Of a DNA stretch of 64,000 bases, positions 59,796 to 64,000 are shown one piece after another. The notes below the pieces were generated by a model. It saw nothing but the letters and a program-made list of their open reading frames with translations, did no database searches and had not been told where the DNA came from. The translations under genes and the position numbers were made by a program. Positions within the stretch are counted from its first letter, which is position 1, and each line of letters begins with the position of its first letter. This DNA is from an uncultured Fibrobacteria bacterium (lineage in GTDB: Bacteria > Fibrobacterota > Fibrobacteria > UBA11236). The stretch lies in assembly GCA_963716395.1 (NCBI GenBank), contig OY970309.1, forward strand, positions 3,232,001-3,296,000, written 5' to 3'.

Positions 59796-60923
59796 ATGTC
59801 GAATTCGTTCAATTTCGTTTTTTTCACCACGGACTTTCCCCCGGATTTTGGCGGCTTGCAGGAATATTCCGGCCGCATCGCCGCCGGCCTGGGCCGATGC
59901 GGATTGATGGCCGTGGAAGCCGCGACACCCGCCAACCCGTTTTCACGCAACGAGTTCGCGGGCCGGTCGGTGGACTTGCGCTTGCATGCCGGCCGCTCGC
60001 GTCTGGGCGCCCTGTGGAGCGTACCGGTCGCCTGGCGACGCCGCCAGGCCCAAGCCTTTTTGCATATGCAATGGTCGACCGCGATCGGATCCTGGCTGTT
60101 GCGCCGCTTGGGTTTGGGACCTCCCTATGTCATCCTGGTACATGGTGCGGAATTGTTCGACGCCCGTCGGCCCTGGCTCAATGCCGTGAAGCGTTCGGTG
60201 CTCTGCAACGCCGCCCAGGTGGTCGCGGGTTCGCGGGCTGCGGCGGATTGGGTGCGCGGCTTGGGCGTGGCGGAATCGCGCCTGCGGGTTTTGCATTATG
60301 GCTGCGCCCTACCCGCTTCGCCGCCGCACGCGAAAACTTCGCCGGCATCGCCGCTACGTTTCGCCTGTCTGCATCGCCTCGTGCCGCGCAAAGGCACCGA
60401 CCTCCTGCTCTCGGCGTTGGCCGGACTCACCGAGCGCGCCTGGCGGCTCGACATTGCGGGAGACGGAGACGAAAAAAATGCGTTGCTGCGCAAAACCCGC
60501 GCGCTCGGGCTTGCGGATCGGGTTTGCTTTATGGGCGTATTGTCCGAGGCGGAGAAAGCGGAATTTCTGCGCGACCACGACTGGTTCATTTTGCCCAGCC
60601 TGCCGCCGCAAGTCCGCGACAATTATGCCGAAGGGCTGGGCATCGCCCTGCTCGAAGCCCAGGCCGCAGGCCTGCCCGTGCTGGCGGCGCGCACCGGCGG
60701 TATTCCCGAGGCCCTGGGCGACGGGCGCACGGGACTTTTATTCGCCGCCGGCGATGTCGAAGATCTGCGACTCAAGCTGCATTGGATTTTGGATCACCCG
60801 GAAGTAAGCATCCCCTGGGGACTGGCCGCCGCCGCCTGGGTGGCGGAAAATTTTTCGTGGGAAAGAACCCTGGAGGGGTTGGCCGAAGTGATGCGCGGCG
60901 CCGCGGGCCGAAACACGGTCTAA
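59796..60923 (+). CDS. GT4 glycosyltransferase (PimB-like)
   Basis: TTDFPPDFGGLQ, HGAE, RLVPRKG and EGLGIALLEAQAAGLPV. Confidence 0.9.
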   Translation: MSNSFNFVFFTTDFPPDFGGLQEYSGRIAAGLGRCGLMAVEAATPANPFSRNEFAGRSVDLRLHAGRSRLGALWSVPVAWRRRQAQAFLHMQWSTAIGSWLLRRLGLGPPYVILVHGAELFDARRPWLNAVKRSVLCNAAQVVAGSRAAADWVRGLGVAESRLRVLHYGCALPASPPHAKTSPASPLRFACLHRLVPRKGTDLLLSALAGLTERAWRLDIAGDGDEKNALLRKTRALGLADRVCFMGVLSEAEKAEFLRDHDWFILPSLPPQVRDNYAEGLGIALLEAQAAGLPVLAARTGGIPEALGDGRTGLLFAAGDVEDLRLKLHWILDHPEVSIPWGLAAAAWVAENFSWERTLEGLAEVMRGAAGRNTV

Positions 60924-60926
60924 GGG

Positions 60927-61391
60927 TCACTCGTATTTGCCTTCGCCGATTTTCAGATTGGCGTAGAACTCGGCCGGCGTCTCCGCGGCGATCAGGCTTT
61001 TGCGGATGTCGGCATCCGACATAATCCGCGAAATGGCCGACAAGGCGCGGATGTGCGGCCCGGTGGTGTTCGAGGGCGACACGATGAGAAACAGCAGGTA
61101 AACCGGCTGCTTGTCGATGGCGTTGAAGTCGAGTCCGCGTTTCACCGAACAGGCCGCGAAGCACATCTGATCCACGAAGGGAACCTTGGCATGCGGAACC
61201 GCCAGGCCGCAGCCGATGCCGGTCGACATCTTTTCTTCGCGATCCAGCACCGCGGCCTCGATCCCCGCGCGGTTTTCCAAGCCGTGGGCATCGCAGAGAA
61301 GCCCGACCATTTCCTTCAGGATTTCCACCTTGGAATTTTTTTGCGAATCCACGATGACGCATTTTTCATTGAAGCGATCGGTCAGTTTCAT
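60927..61391 (-). CDS. PTS EIIA component (Ntr/fructose-mannitol family, PtsN-like)
   Basis: REEKMSTGIGCGLAVPHAK and DFNAIDKQPV. Confidence 0.9.
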   Translation of the reverse strand: MKLTDRFNEKCVIVDSQKNSKVEILKEMVGLLCDAHGLENRAGIEAAVLDREEKMSTGIGCGLAVPHAKVPFVDQMCFAACSVKRGLDFNAIDKQPVYLLFLIVSPSNTTGPHIRALSAISRIMSDADIRKSLIAAETPAEFYANLKIGEGKYE

Positions 61392-61430
61392 GGCGACTCC
61401 TTCGGCGGCCCGGCTTACGGGCGGTCAAAT

Positions 61431-63998
61431 TTAGAATTCCGATCCCAAAGACCAATACTGCTGCGATTCGGAGTTGCGGCCGGCCATGCCCTGCACCGAT
61501 TCGGCGTAGCTGTATTTCAGCACGAAGATGCCGAGATTGAGCCGCAAACCCCAACCCAGGCCCATTCCCATTTGATCGAACGCGTTGCCGCTCGACCAAG
61601 CTCCGCCGTAATCGACGAAAAGCGATCCCATTACATAGCGAATACTGAGCGGTAAGGGCCACGCGATGTCGAGTTCCTGCACGAAAGGAAAGCGGAATTC
61701 GAGGTTGGCCAGAAATTTCCGGTTGCCCACGAAGTCGTACAAATCATAGCCGCGCAGCGGAAAATCCAGATCGGAGAAATAATATTCGGCCAGGTTGACG
61801 CGATCGGCATTGTCGAAATTGACATGGGCGTTGAACGTGTAGGCTTCGCCGCCCACCACGAAGGTTTGGGGATTGACGTAGCCGCCTACTTCCTGGGAAA
61901 CGCCGGCGGAAATGCGCGCCGCCAGGGTGTAGCGTTTGAAGAATTCCCAATAGCTACGCAAGTCGGTTTCGGCTTTGACATAGGAAAAGCGGTTCTGAAA
62001 CACGGGCGGCAGGTATTGCACCAGGGCCATGAGGCGTTGACCGGCCACCGGCCCGACAATGCCCCATTGCGCATTGTCAAATACCCAAGCCACCGAAGGC
62101 AACATGGCGTCGACCACGGTGTCGGGAGCGTGAAACGCCGTGTCGGTGGCGCCGCTGGAATCGAGCAGTTGGGTCGTGCGCTTGGTGAAGCGTGTCAATA
62201 GTTCGAATTCCAGGCGCGAAAACGTCGAGAAAGGGTAGCGCATGCCCAGGCCGAATCCGTATTGTTGATCGGTGGCGGCCTGGGCGAACAGGGCACTCGA
62301 GGTATCGGCCAGAATGCTGGTGGCGAATTGCTGGGTCTGGTGAAAAACCATGAGGTCGAAATCGGGCTTCCGCGGCAGATAATCGTATTCGATGAAGCCG
62401 TTGGTATTTTCGATGGAACCGTTCATCGACAGCGCGAAGGAGACGGATTGATCGCCCATGAGGTCGCTGAGCGTAAGGTAGGCCAACCCGCTGGCGCCGT
62501 AATAATTATCGACGCCCAGGGCGGCGTTGAAGGCGTCGAGGCTCCAGATGGGTTTGTAGGGCCGCGAGATGAAGTTCCCCAGGCGGTCCTTGTACGCGGC
62601 GGTGTCCTCCAAAAATGGTGTCGGCTTGGCGGATTTTTTGGCCGCAACCGTCGTGTCTTTCTTCGCCGCCTGACCCGTGGTATCGTTCGGTCGCGTCTTG
62701 GCCAAGGCGTTCGTGTCGGATTGCGGAGCGCGTCCGACGGAATCGGCGCGCGGGTGGATCGCCGCCTGAGCGGCGGTGTCGCGGTGCGTTAAACCCGTAT
62801 CTTTGGCGATCTTCGCCGCGGCCGTATCGCGGTGGGCGGCCAACGAATCGCGGTGCAGGGAATCGCGTACAGCCTTGGCTTCGGCGTTTTTCACCGAATC
62901 CTCTGCGACGGTGTCGGGTTTATAGGTGCTAAGATTCGACCAGTTGGGTTTCTGAAAAAATCCCGCGCTGCTGTCCTCATGAAATTTGATGAAGCGGGTT
63001 TTAGGCAGGGGTTTGGACATGACATGGGCCAGGGGATCTTTCATGAGGTAGATGTCCCAACCGCCGTCTTCGAACAGTGAAAAGGCCATGTCTTTGCCGT
63101 CATAGGAAAAAGAAGGCGTGAAGCAGGCCGTGAGCAGGTTGGTCAGCGGCCGCACGCTTTGTGCCCCCGCCGAATCCTGCCACAAATAGATGTTGTCGAG
63201 CCCCGAGCGATTCGATACGAACACCAGTTGTGAATCCGTGGGGCCATAGGAAGGCATTTTCTCATCCCAAGGTCCGCCGGCCAACAAGGACAGGCTGTCG
63301 CCAGCGACGGAAATGCGGTAAATGTCTTTGTAGACATGCAGTGAATCGTACCAGGCCAGCGGATCCTCGGGATGCGGATCGGGCATCGGCCCCGGCCGGT
63401 CGCTTTCGAAGGCGATCCATTTTCCCGAAGGCGAGAACGTGGGCTTGTCGTCGTCGGCGATGTCATGCGTGAGCCGGCGCAGCGACTGCCGGCGCAAATC
63501 CCAGACGTAAATATCGGTGAGTCCGTCGTTTTGTCCGCTGAAAGCGAGGTAGCGGCCGTCGCGCGACCAACTGGGGGAAAGAATGGCCTGCACGTCGGGC
63601 CGAAGAGTTTCGCGCACATGGCCGTTCTTGGCGTCGAGCAGGTTGATGACATCGCGGCCCATTTGTTTGCTCACCACCGCCAAGGTGCGGCTATCCGGGC
63701 TCCAGGCGATGCCGGAACGGAAGGAATGGAAACTTTCGTGCAATTCTTCTCGGCCGCTTTGCACCACGGCGCGGGTAACTTTTTCGGTTTTCACGTTCAG
63801 GATGTAAATCGCCTCCCAGGATTCGCGGTCGCTGAAAAAGGCGATCTCTTTTCCGTCGGGCGAAATGGAGGGCTGCAAATTGTAGAAGGATTGATCCTGA
63901 CCGTGATCGGTGAGTTTGCGCGCCTCGTATTTTCCGTATTGGCGCTGGCCCAGTTCGGGCCAGTACAGGTAACGCAATTCGCGCAGCCAGATCTCCCC
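61431..63998 (-). CDS. Omp85/BamA-family outer-membrane protein with TolB-like PD40 propeller; 5'-truncated by the window edge
   Basis: PD40 repeats (SPDGKEIAF, WSRDGRYLAF, FSPSGKWIAF); barrel motifs PLRGY and ANLEFRFP; terminal Phe. Confidence 0.85.
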   Translation of the reverse strand, partial: GEIWLRELRYLYWPELGQRQYGKYEARKLTDHGQDQSFYNLQPSISPDGKEIAFFSDRESWEAIYILNVKTEKVTRAVVQSGREELHESFHSFRSGIAWSPDSRTLAVVSKQMGRDVINLLDAKNGHVRETLRPDVQAILSPSWSRDGRYLAFSGQNDGLTDIYVWDLRRQSLRRLTHDIADDDKPTFSPSGKWIAFESDRPGPMPDPHPEDPLAWYDSLHVYKDIYRISVAGDSLSLLAGGPWDEKMPSYGPTDSQLVFVSNRSGLDNIYLWQDSAGAQSVRPLTNLLTACFTPSFSYDGKDMAFSLFEDGGWDIYLMKDPLAHVMSKPLPKTRFIKFHEDSSAGFFQKPNWSNLSTYKPDTVAEDSVKNAEAKAVRDSLHRDSLAAHRDTAAAKIAKDTGLTHRDTAAQAAIHPRADSVGRAPQSDTNALAKTRPNDTTGQAAKKDTTVAAKKSAKPTPFLEDTAAYKDRLGNFISRPYKPIWSLDAFNAALGVDNYYGASGLAYLTLSDLMGDQSVSFALSMNGSIENTNGFIEYDYLPRKPDFDLMVFHQTQQFATSILADTSSALFAQAATDQQYGFGLGMRYPFSTFSRLEFELLTRFTKRTTQLLDSSGATDTAFHAPDTVVDAMLPSVAWVFDNAQWGIVGPVAGQRLMALVQYLPPVFQNRFSYVKAETDLRSYWEFFKRYTLAARISAGVSQEVGGYVNPQTFVVGGEAYTFNAHVNFDNADRVNLAEYYFSDLDFPLRGYDLYDFVGNRKFLANLEFRFPFVQELDIAWPLPLSIRYVMGSLFVDYGGAWSSGNAFDQMGMGLGWGLRLNLGIFVLKYSYAESVQGMAGRNSESQQYWSLGSEF

Positions 63999-64000
63999 CG

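Noticed and set aside
1-64000. CRISPR array, rRNA or tRNA genes
   Set aside because: No short regularly spaced repeats, cas genes, rRNA-like tracts or cloverleaf/T-loop signatures were seen; intergenic gaps are short.

Overview
A 64 kb bacterial chromosomal window, GC-rich overall. The FCB-group/Fibrobacterota-like origin is inferred from a 'FDVNGR' secretion-type C-tail, D-S/T-rich extracytoplasmic proteins and a BamA/TolB-like fusion. Bases 1-13.5 kb form an accessory region with AT-rich patches. It opens with a giant Ig-like repeat surface protein whose C-terminal tip is disrupted. Next comes a putative polymorphic toxin gene (4202-6799), followed by a tandem array of orphan toxin C-terminal cassettes, each coupled to a signal-peptide MORN-repeat (YwqK-like) immunity gene. 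The four immunity copies are mosaic, and the array is punctuated by IS200/IS605-end-like hairpins. Bases 13.6-23.7 kb carry a complete guanidine/urea carboxylase pathway (atzF, ABC importer, cgdA/cgdB-like pair, carboxylase) behind a sigma-54 promoter, with no riboswitch visible. The rest is mostly housekeeping and envelope genes: GH16, tkt, ftsH, gmk, eno, glycosyltransferases, rnr, glgM/glgE, ptsP, a solitary dnaA, squalene synthase, lspA, rluD, topB, a PTS EIIA and an Omp85 protein. It also holds three apparently catalytically dead enzyme homologues: CobS-like, a hybrid histidine kinase and a serine recombinase. All calls come from motif recognition by eye; no searches were run.
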